A stretch of 64,000 bases of DNA from a virus: the IMG/VR virus record IMGVR_UViG_3300028800_000002, positions 32,001-96,000 of that record, one strand, 5' to 3'. Positions within the stretch are counted from its first letter, which is position 1. Each line of letters opens with the position of its first letter. Of the stretch, positions 30,901 through 37,385 are shown piece by piece. The notes under the pieces were generated by a model. It was not told where the DNA came from. It saw nothing but the letters and a program-made list of their open reading frames with translations, and made no database searches. A program made the position numbers and the translations under genes.

Positions 30901-31102
30901 AGACTCGGCAGGAATTCGTATTGCTGTAGATACTACGGGGGCTAGGGTTGGTGTAGACCGCTTGATGGTCAATCAGGCTCACTACAACACCCAGTCTTGG
31001 GGTAACTTCTCGTTGCGACGGTTGTACATAAAGCAGAGTACACCAGCACTTGTATTCAGTGATGGCATTGACCTTGCCACGGCATTTAGCGCATTGTTTT
31101 GA
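27908..31102 (+). CDS. Multidomain tail fibre/spike with SGNH-type carbohydrate esterase (SASA/CE6-like) and lectin-like domains
   Basis: SGQSNA, AHGGAAI, WTQGEYE and VHYS blocks; fibre attachment module near the N-terminus; LamG-like domains. Confidence 0.75.
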   Translation: MSEKLLADWSEADGIPRSIALTVASYAALMAATAFPGKAAFDVSDQAKLVELADCRQVWRMTAFSPPAWDLDDAGPDDHTADFQVIGVLASLTGLASNAFDVGNGTLAAGKRVLSVVPGGYQGLFILSANGSNWDLTRAPDLSADGQVINGAAVTVRFGQFSGNLYVQLGTSLSTLSYAAPSNLSTSAAPTLTGPSSTLFDFSQSQTVEIIPLAGNNPVAGTWETLTGLTASNGQPDADGIPRATAFTETGTGVRVANHTPGNVPQAGWVRAKFSYLPGPAFDPKHLIFMISGYHWLLLPTLQSLKYPGSDANYTVYGLNGTVLYYYGFKFTPRGKWIDCEYETNIAAAHVDVAQFCSFTTRGVSAAARAGVIISASNVQLQQDRVVSVTPVRGSTDSLLAQSTDTARPVLAPDIWFGHPALVEGYGNNCALTKDIAACTLATVGVVIWVGCIHPSTTSRQIYSLNGTVSRLAPEVDPTGFWRISRTDDAGVTTSHLTTHPVAPVPVHVEIEQGPTSATLYIDGLPASGGVLATSTVATFTSHTLFGGDSQSVVETLSEAFGMALTAAQVASQCAEMRAMAYLPAKWPALLNSGQSNAVTVKGTTKALVGNGIFAHPGYALYAGDNGGYATTTGWDTDPITGPTGGVGIRLGWQAEAQKNNQPAIAINIAHGGAAITAWEPGGADYDYIATTLATALASFGTHLISVEDIFWTQGEYESNDPGTVAGYYAGKLTALIAYLRSLPGVNPNASFGIHRVNEWLGPGTLVPVVSYMSSALVRADEDLVAATVPNCYKTDLSGGAQTNWCVHYSPAQCIEIGRIAWRTRHRQPARIQIIEADRPQRGTWGATGGCFDFEHNVVLSGTNVVSVASTEGTAILTSAGSPVLTTDPLGGKKRVTVAAGRYLQSLDSVRWGVYSGASSFLMGMLWWIGSGGEENYAVLSSLDISNSAFLIKSNTIYRQAYRNGGGSALVFDAPAVAAPGTQQWAVYGGDGTNLFAIDSAGIRIAVDTTGARVGVDRLMVNQAHYNTQSWGNFSLRRLYIKQSTPALVFSDGIDLATAFSALF

Positions 31103-31110
31103 GTAGCTAA

Positions 31111-31142
31111 AGAAAGGCCAGGCATTGCGCCCTGGCCTTTCC
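31111..31142. terminator. Bidirectional terminator between the convergent arms
   Basis: AAAGGCCAGG-cattgcgc-CCTGGCCTTT perfect 10-bp stem with A/T flanks. Confidence 0.85.
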
Positions 31143-31144
31143 GC

Positions 31145-31348
31145 CTATGCCGCTAGGGCCATTAGGCACATCAGGAAATGCTCGGTTTTGGTCATCAATG
31201 GGCTATGCGCTGTTGACCACGACGTTCCGGAGAGGCCGCAGTTTACGCAAGTCCACATTAGACCGTGTCGAAGTATCTCCCCTTTGCACGATGCACTCAT
31301 CGGTAACCTTTCTGCGTACTTGAGTGCAGGTTTCCTCAGTGCGATCAC
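31145..31348 (-). CDS. Small Cys/His protein
   Basis: GTG start overlapping the upstream TGA (GTGA); CVNC motif. Confidence 0.5.
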   Translation of the reverse strand: MIALRKPALKYAERLPMSASCKGEILRHGLMWTCVNCGLSGTSWSTAHSPLMTKTEHFLMCLMALAA

Positions 31349-31539
31349 ACCAGTTCACACTGGAGAACTCGTTGTAGTAACAAGTCGAGATTCGGATCGT
31401 CCTGTACCAGGACCCCTAAGCGCACGGCCAGGGTTCTCAATTGGTTGTAGCCAAGTCCTAGAAGGTAGGCCTTGTCTACTTCAATCGTGTCTTGAACCCT
31501 GGCTCTGATGCAGTTGGGCCAGACCTCGACTTTTACTCG
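31345..31539 (-). CDS. Startless 64-codon frame, probable -1 frameshift extension of 31533-32201
   Basis: Begins at the slippery G GGA AAC (31545-31539); no ATG; stop coupled to the next GTG. Confidence 0.5.
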   Translation of the reverse strand, partial: RVKVEVWPNCIRARVQDTIEVDKAYLLGLGYNQLRTLAVRLGVLVQDDPNLDLLLQRVLQCELV

Positions 31540-32201
31540 TTTCCCTGGTCTAGCACCTCTTCATCCTCGCCACCTGGCGTGTTGGCTTCCAGGATGGTCT
31601 TGATGCCTGGGATCTCCTCAAGTGCCATGGACACAATCTCTTCGCGGCTCATTTGGCCCGCTGCCGCCTGCTCGAGGGAGAGTAGGGTCAAGGCGCTATT
31701 GAACATGACAGCTACGGAAAGAGCCTCGATGGAGGACTGCATTCCGCCCAAAGACCCTTCTACGTTTTCCGCCAGACCAGACATCCCTTCGCAGCGCTCA
31801 GAGATTGTTTTCAGTAGCTCCATGGTCTTGGAGGCCCCAGCGGCAACAGCCGCCGTGGCTGGGGATCGGGCAGCAGCTGGATCGGTGACTGGTGTTCTGG
31901 CCTCTGTTTCTTCCGGTTCCGCGGCGGCCGCTGGCTTTCTCGCAGTAGCGGCACCGGCCTTACCCGTGGCTGGTTGCCTGGAGGCAGCTGGCTTCTTACC
32001 TCCACCGCGCTTTGATTGCACCAGACTCAATAGCTCTGTTGCTTGCTCTTCGTTCTTGAGCTGCATGAAGGCAGCTTTGTCTTTTTCAGTAGCGAATACA
32101 CCCAATTCTTGGGCGAGCAGGCGCAGATTGAACCTCCCCAGCTTGAGCATGCCGTCGTAGTCATTGGGGGCGTTCTCGAGATTGATCTTCACAGTGGTCA
32201 T
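31533..32201 (-). CDS. Hypothetical protein: N-terminal helical motif, Ala/Lys linker, coiled coil, acidic tail
   Basis: ATGA-coupled to the upstream gene; composition typical of DNA-binding/oligomeric phage proteins. Confidence 0.7.
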   Translation of the reverse strand: MTTVKINLENAPNDYDGMLKLGRFNLRLLAQELGVFATEKDKAAFMQLKNEEQATELLSLVQSKRGGGKKPAASRQPATGKAGAATARKPAAAAEPEETEARTPVTDPAAARSPATAAVAAGASKTMELLKTISERCEGMSGLAENVEGSLGGMQSSIEALSVAVMFNSALTLLSLEQAAAGQMSREEIVSMALEEIPGIKTILEANTPGGEDEEVLDQGNE

Positions 32202-32572
32202 GGTGCGGGTTTCCTCACTAATTTGTAGGACTCTATCAGTTGTTCAGCAGAATTGTTTTGCACTAGGCAAGTGATTACTTGAATGTCGGTGCAACCAAAG
32301 CAGGGCCTTGGGTTTGGGTTTACTGGATCCTTGAGTGCCTTTGCGGGGCATGTGATTTGGGTGACCATCTTCTTCCACTGATCTAAGAGAAAAGCAATGA
32401 AGGCGTTTCTCCAGGAATTCAGTACGTTGTCGTTTTCGTCGATGGCCTCTGGTTCTTCGGTACCCTCCAGGTAGGCGATGAGCATGTCGCGCGGGGTAGT
32501 CGGTAGTATCGCGAGCCCAGCTCGAATGCACATTTGGTATAGCTCGGTGTAGTTGTAACGTTCCCAGCGCAT
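32198..32572 (-). CDS. Hypothetical Cys-containing protein
   Basis: TCPA..PCFGC..TC putative metal site. Confidence 0.65.
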   Translation of the reverse strand: MRWERYNYTELYQMCIRAGLAILPTTPRDMLIAYLEGTEEPEAIDENDNVLNSWRNAFIAFLLDQWKKMVTQITCPAKALKDPVNPNPRPCFGCTDIQVITCLVQNNSAEQLIESYKLVRKPAP

Positions 32573-32587
32573 GCCTGACTCCTTTGC

Positions 32588-33052
32588 CTATTGCAGACTG
32601 CAGGCAGATGCTAGAAATGGGCAACCCTCCCCATCAAGGTTCCATATCCAGATCTCGGTGGCGGGGGTTTTGCCGACACATTTACGGCTCACGGACATCA
32701 TGTAGTTTGAGTCGTCAATTGCACTGGCTTCGGCGATGACGTCTTCGAGTACCTTGACTCGGTTGCTGACGTCGGTCCTCTTATACCGGTTGCTTGTCTT
32801 AGTTGGCCAGCCTTTATTTTCCAGGTCTGGCATTTCAAATTGAGCGAACAGGACGTAAGTGCCACCTGGTTTGAACCACCTCATTTGCTGTTGGCAGTTC
32901 TTTACCAGGTAAGAGACTGCCTCCTTCTTGAACTTTGCACCTGTTGAAGATAGTGCCAGGATTGCAATTTTCTTGAACCCTGTGCCCTTGATCATTGGCC
33001 GATAGAGCTCGTTTACGGAGGGTGGCAGGTAGGGTAACCGGATGTGGATCAT
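32588..33052 (-). CDS. RusA-like Holliday junction resolvase
   Basis: LPYLPPSVNELY and DVSNRVKVLEDVI...IDDS motifs. Confidence 0.85.
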   Translation of the reverse strand: MIHIRLPYLPPSVNELYRPMIKGTGFKKIAILALSSTGAKFKKEAVSYLVKNCQQQMRWFKPGGTYVLFAQFEMPDLENKGWPTKTSNRYKRTDVSNRVKVLEDVIAEASAIDDSNYMMSVSRKCVGKTPATEIWIWNLDGEGCPFLASACSLQ

Positions 33053-33699
33053 GGACCTCTGACCCCGGGTGTACGCATGCCGTAGGGCACGCCTCCGCGT
33101 CCCTGCACATTACCCCCTCGGTTACCCCCATCGAAGTTTTGCCTTCTAATTTCCACCTGCCTGGAGAGGAGTTGGATCTGCCGGTATAGGCTTTCAGATT
33201 TTGCCCCAAGGCGTTTGGTCAGTTCTGTCAAGCGAAGTTTCTTCTGCTTGAGAACCACGTAGCGTGGATTGGTCTGGATCCTGTCCTCCATCTCGGCCGC
33301 TCCAGGGGGTTTGGTCTCTCCGCCCTTGGTAGTCTTATTGCTGTTCTTTCGCAGAGACTCCCGCAAGTGCGAGGCTATGTCCTCCATTTCGTAATTCACT
33401 TCGAGCAGGCAGGACTCATGGCTGGCGAGTACCTCTGTCAGGAAGGTGTACCAGGCCATGAATTCGGCATAGCGAGTTGTGTACGCGGTACTGTCCGGGG
33501 TTGTTAGGTCATCCGCGGACAGGGATGGGCAAGGAAACGACGGTTCTGTCGTTGGTGGTATGCCGAGATCGTTTTCCAAGTAGTTTGTAATCTCCCCTGC
33601 GTACTCCCAGCGTTGGTGGATTGCAGTTTCATCTCGCTCTCCGACGCTATCCATACCTGGCGGTATGTAGAGCCCGCCGTGTGGTGTATTTTCTGTCAT
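33049..33699 (-). CDS. Hypothetical coiled-coil protein
   Basis: Long helical heptads; ATGA coupling on both sides. Confidence 0.65.
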   Translation of the reverse strand: MTENTPHGGLYIPPGMDSVGERDETAIHQRWEYAGEITNYLENDLGIPPTTEPSFPCPSLSADDLTTPDSTAYTTRYAEFMAWYTFLTEVLASHESCLLEVNYEMEDIASHLRESLRKNSNKTTKGGETKPPGAAEMEDRIQTNPRYVVLKQKKLRLTELTKRLGAKSESLYRQIQLLSRQVEIRRQNFDGGNRGGNVQGRGGVPYGMRTPGVRGP

Positions 33700-34613
33700 G
33701 ATGGACTCCTGGGCACGCGCATGCCAATACCGCCAACTCGCGCAGTGCGCTTGCGCATTTCATTTCTAGACTTTATGGCCGCCTTGCGACGTTCCATTTT
33801 CTTCAAATGCTCGGGTTGGCAGAGCCAAGCGTACCCGCAAAACTCGCATACAAGCCCTTCCGTACGAGGTGGTATCTCATTGATGGTGGCTAGGTGGATC
33901 ACCTCTTTGGTCTCTGATTCAATTATGTTCCAGAGGTCGTGCTCGAACGTGAATAGGTACGGAGGCTTGCTAGGGGAGATGTTGGAGTTGCTCTTGTTGA
34001 TGTACTGGGTCCAGAGCAGCGGTACATCGAGGCACTTCATGTAAACGCAGGTCTGCCTCTTGTGCTCCTCAGATGGCTTTATCCTTTTCGCGAATTGCTT
34101 ATCCGAGTCGCTCTTGATCTCCAGCCCCACTCGCAGGACCACTTCTCCCCATGGGTGGTCACGCAACTCGATGACTCCATCGCAGCTCGAGTGAATGCCG
34201 TATTGCTGGGCGATGTCCTGTAGTGACGGGTCAATGCGGACCTCCTTGGCAAAGGACATTAGCCCGCCACTCTTTTCGCAGATGCGTCTCCAGTCTTCCT
34301 GGATCATGCCATGGAACATGTGCCCAGCTCGGAACCTCTTCTTCCAGGAGGAATCCAGCGTTGACTTCTCTGAGCGCTTGGTGCCAGTTATGGAATACCA
34401 GACTTGGCGGCGGCATTCCCCAGATAGTTCGGACGCGTGCACTCCTGCCGCGCGCCCCTTGGCTCCGTGCCACCCGGCGATGAATGCTACATCTTCATCG
34501 TCGTTCTTGACGAACTCCTCGTACAGGGTCCCTAGGTCTCCTGCCCACAGCATGTAGTTGGCGACCACCTCTGCTGGTTGCGTGTAGAGGTCAGCTACTG
34601 TTACAAGTCCCAT
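33696..34613 (-). CDS. Cas4/AddB-like PD-(D/E)xK exonuclease with Fe-S cluster
   Basis: HASELSGECRR, GHMFH, SCDG, LEIKS, QTCVY, CEFCGYAWLC. Confidence 0.85.
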   Translation of the reverse strand: MGLVTVADLYTQPAEVVANYMLWAGDLGTLYEEFVKNDDEDVAFIAGWHGAKGRAAGVHASELSGECRRQVWYSITGTKRSEKSTLDSSWKKRFRAGHMFHGMIQEDWRRICEKSGGLMSFAKEVRIDPSLQDIAQQYGIHSSCDGVIELRDHPWGEVVLRVGLEIKSDSDKQFAKRIKPSEEHKRQTCVYMKCLDVPLLWTQYINKSNSNISPSKPPYLFTFEHDLWNIIESETKEVIHLATINEIPPRTEGLVCEFCGYAWLCQPEHLKKMERRKAAIKSRNEMRKRTARVGGIGMRVPRSPS

Positions 34614-34628
34614 AAGCCTTGAACTTTC

Positions 34629-34958
34629 TCAGTCTAGATAGAATACGTCTATCCGTTTGCCTTTGTAGTTCCATACCTCGACGTGCTTAGTGTCTTCGCT
34701 GCCTTGCTTTTTCCATTCGGCGCGCACTTGGTCACGATTCAACATGCAGCGCATGCCGAATTCAATGAATTGCAGTCGTAGGCCCTGTGGGTCAAGGTGT
34801 AGCGCCGTCGAATTTGGGAATACAATGATGTCCAGATCCTTGCAGCTATTTCCCTTGTGAAGGACTCCGCCAGTCATACCAACACTGAATCCGACGATGT
34901 ATTTCTGCAGTTCTCGGCAGAAGGTGAGCGCCTCATCAAGTGTCCACTTGACTTTCAT
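34629..34958 (-). CDS. Minimal Pol-beta-superfamily nucleotidyltransferase
   Basis: MTGGVLHKGNSCKDLDII (G[G/S]...DxD) plus a distal RIDVF. Confidence 0.7.
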   Translation of the reverse strand: MKVKWTLDEALTFCRELQKYIVGFSVGMTGGVLHKGNSCKDLDIIVFPNSTALHLDPQGLRLQFIEFGMRCMLNRDQVRAEWKKQGSEDTKHVEVWNYKGKRIDVFYLD

Positions 34959-35302
34959 GGTAGTTTTCCTTGTTGTTGCCTTACCCACGACTCGTACGGC
35001 ATGCATACCCAACGCTCATCGGTTCTTCCTTCAGGGGAGACAAACGATATGTCGAAGATGGGTACTTCGTGGAAGTCGCACTCTCCACGAAGTTTGTCGA
35101 TGAGCCTCTTGGTGATCGAGAACGACTTGGACCGGGTGAATTTGCACTCTGCCCTGAAGTGCTCAAACACCTTGACTACGTCGCTTTTTGCCCACGGGAG
35201 GCACCCAGAGCCTCTCTGGGTTTTGCCTCCTGTAGCTTGCGCTAGTTCATTCTCTTGTCTCTGGGAACGCCGGCGAGTTGCCTTCGCTGATAATGCTCGC
35301 AT
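34955..35302 (-). CDS. Hjc-like PD-(D/E)xK nuclease
   Basis: QENELA, GSG, KSDV, AECK motifs. Confidence 0.75.
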   Translation of the reverse strand: MRALSAKATRRRSQRQENELAQATGGKTQRGSGCLPWAKSDVVKVFEHFRAECKFTRSKSFSITKRLIDKLRGECDFHEVPIFDISFVSPEGRTDERWVCMPYESWVRQQQGKLP

Positions 35303-35305
35303 GCG

Positions 35306-36664
35306 CTACCTGTATGTACTTGGGACGCCGGCAGCGGCCAATATGGCCGCACGAAGTTGCCACTCGCTGTCAGGTTCTTCTTGTAAGGCCTGCACGAACA
35401 GCTCAGGGCCTGAGATGTTGCAGAGGTACTGGTCTGGTTGGCCATTGTTCATGAACGTTAGTAGGCCCTCGTATTCTCTGATGACACCATAGCGAAGACC
35501 CGAGATGATGATGCTGCGTAGGGTATCGAAGCATCGGGGATCGTAGTAGTAGGGAGTTGATCCTTTGATGCCGTCGTGGGTTCCCTCCTTCCCCTTGCTG
35601 ACGTCCCAGTTGACGTCCTTGCCTACCACATGCTGATTAGCTTTAGGTCCCTCGTAGAGCTTCCCTCCGCTATAGACTTTCAAGTGGATTGAGCGCCAGT
35701 GTTTGAGTGCCCAGGAGCTGGCATCGTCAGACCAATCCTTGGCATACTTTGCCATGGGCGCTGGCAGTTCAGATTTCTTGCGGTTGCTGCGCACCTGCGT
35801 AGTCATGATGAGGGTGGTGAAGTGCCCAGGGTTTCGCTTGATAGGTCCGTAGTGCTGGAAGAATCTCGTGATGTTGTTGGCTCTAAGTGCCTGCTGTGCA
35901 TGGTCGTCGAGAGAATCTAGGGCGAGCTCGGCTCTAGGGGATAGACCCTCGTAGGAGTCGATCCCGACTAGACCGTAGAGGTTCGTTGCCAGGAGGTCCT
36001 CCGTTACATCGAGGATGTCTTCCATTGTGGTGGCTTCAACGATGGTGTTTGTCCCAATACCACGTCGCAGGTCTGCTATTTCCTCGGATGTGAGCAGGGG
36101 CACTCCTCGGTCTTGCCTCTCTTGCTGTTTCGCATTGATGTAGCTCCATGGCACAGGAACAATCCACCCACAGCGTCGGGCTTGTAGGTAGTCGATGTTT
36201 CCTTCAGAATTGGCAAGTGCAATGTATGCTTCCTCGCCATAGAGGCGTTGGTGCATTGCGAAGTAGCAGTAGAGCAGGCTTGATTTGCCTGAGTTGTCTG
36301 GGCCTCCTATCGTCACGAATGCCTGTGCTGGCATGCCCCCTCCGGTGTCGATGTCAATTTGCATGACACCGCAGGGCCTTCTTAGGTAGGAGTTTGAGCT
36401 GGCTTCATCCGCGGGGATGACCACAGGGCCTTTGTGCTTTTCGTTTATCTTGTGCATCGTCGCTTTGAGCTTTGCTGCTCGCTGCGCCGGTGTAATTTCC
36501 GCGAGGCCAAGTAGGCGACCCCGTGTTGGAGTCGCCGCTGGCCTTCTACTCTCCACTGCCACCGCCGCAGCTACGGCGCGTGGTGGTTGCACCGTAGTCT
36601 TGGGGGATCTTCTCACTGGCTTGACTTGTTTGGATTGTTTCTTTGCGGTTTTCTTAGCTGCCAT
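35306..36664 (-). CDS. recA: RecA/UvsX-like recombinase with basic N-terminal extension
   Basis: IDIDTGGG, Walker A GPDNSGKS, Walker B VGIDS, MTTQVR. Confidence 0.9.
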   Translation of the reverse strand: MAAKKTAKKQSKQVKPVRRSPKTTVQPPRAVAAAVAVESRRPAATPTRGRLLGLAEITPAQRAAKLKATMHKINEKHKGPVVIPADEASSNSYLRRPCGVMQIDIDTGGGMPAQAFVTIGGPDNSGKSSLLYCYFAMHQRLYGEEAYIALANSEGNIDYLQARRCGWIVPVPWSYINAKQQERQDRGVPLLTSEEIADLRRGIGTNTIVEATTMEDILDVTEDLLATNLYGLVGIDSYEGLSPRAELALDSLDDHAQQALRANNITRFFQHYGPIKRNPGHFTTLIMTTQVRSNRKKSELPAPMAKYAKDWSDDASSWALKHWRSIHLKVYSGGKLYEGPKANQHVVGKDVNWDVSKGKEGTHDGIKGSTPYYYDPRCFDTLRSIIISGLRYGVIREYEGLLTFMNNGQPDQYLCNISGPELFVQALQEEPDSEWQLRAAILAAAGVPSTYR

Positions 36665-36825
36665 CACTCATGCTTTTCGAACGGCTCACTCCCATGGACG
36701 GGACAAAAGAGTAAGTCGCCATGCCGTTCGCATTTGGCGCCACACTCTGGGCAGCCCTGTGCGGCTGCCTTTTCCATCTTCTCTTGGTCTACTTGTTCAG
36801 ATACGGCGAATTTGTCTATGGACAT
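36664..36825 (-). CDS. 53-aa Zn-ribbon protein (not in ORF track)
   Basis: MSIDKF...GCPECGAKCERHGDLLFCPVHG; its TGA overlaps the recA ATG (TGATG). Confidence 0.7.
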   Translation of the reverse strand: MSIDKFAVSEQVDQEKMEKAAAQGCPECGAKCERHGDLLFCPVHGSEPFEKHE

Positions 36826-37114
36826 TGGCTTTCTCCAGTCGGCGCTTGAGGAGTCGTTTGATTGTCGTCGACTTGCTGAAGTTTACCCGATACTGGAGTG
36901 TTTGCCCGGTCTTCATGATTCCGAAGCGTTTATTTGCCGGAGGTCCGCCTTGCACAGACAATTTGAAGCGCCCCAGGCAGCGCAGTCGAACGTCTGATCC
37001 TTTCGCAATCTCTTCCGCCACTAGGTTCAAAAACAGCTCAGTGATGGTGGACACCTCATCGATGCTGTTGTCAGTGGCAAATGCCACCTTTCGATCAAAT
37101 TCAAACTTATTCAT
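36797..37114 (-). CDS. HU/IHF-like DNA-binding protein
   Basis: EIAKGSDVRLRCLGRF...TGQT..RVNFS fits the HU fold. Confidence 0.8.
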   Translation of the reverse strand: MNKFEFDRKVAFATDNSIDEVSTITELFLNLVAEEIAKGSDVRLRCLGRFKLSVQGGPPANKRFGIMKTGQTLQYRVNFSKSTTIKRLLKRRLEKANVHRQIRRI

Positions 37115-37376
37115 GCTGGGGCTCTACGTCCTCTATTAGGACTCGTATTGCTGCTGAGGTGTGCACCACATCTTCTTTTAGACGTAGAGAAAGCTGTGGC
37201 CGTAGTGTCTGGTGAACCTCACTCAGTACCTTGCTCGCTAGCTTTGCCAATCCGAACAGGCGGATTAGTTCATCTACAGCAACAAGAGCTTTCTTTAGCT
37301 CCTGATCATCCGCATCGATGTATCCTTGCAGGCACTCTAGCTGGCTCCGTATTAGTTTGATGTCTGAGCGCTTCAT
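37107..37376 (-). CDS. Hypothetical protein
   Basis: SD GGAGGAG; helical composition. Confidence 0.6.
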   Translation of the reverse strand: MKRSDIKLIRSQLECLQGYIDADDQELKKALVAVDELIRLFGLAKLASKVLSEVHQTLRPQLSLRLKEDVVHTSAAIRVLIEDVEPQHE

Positions 37377-37385
37377 GGTCTCCTC

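Noticed and set aside
33696-34613. CRISPR-Cas system suggested by the Cas4-like gene
   Set aside because: No cas1/cas2 or repeat-spacer array was seen; solo Cas4-like nucleases are common in phage recombination modules.
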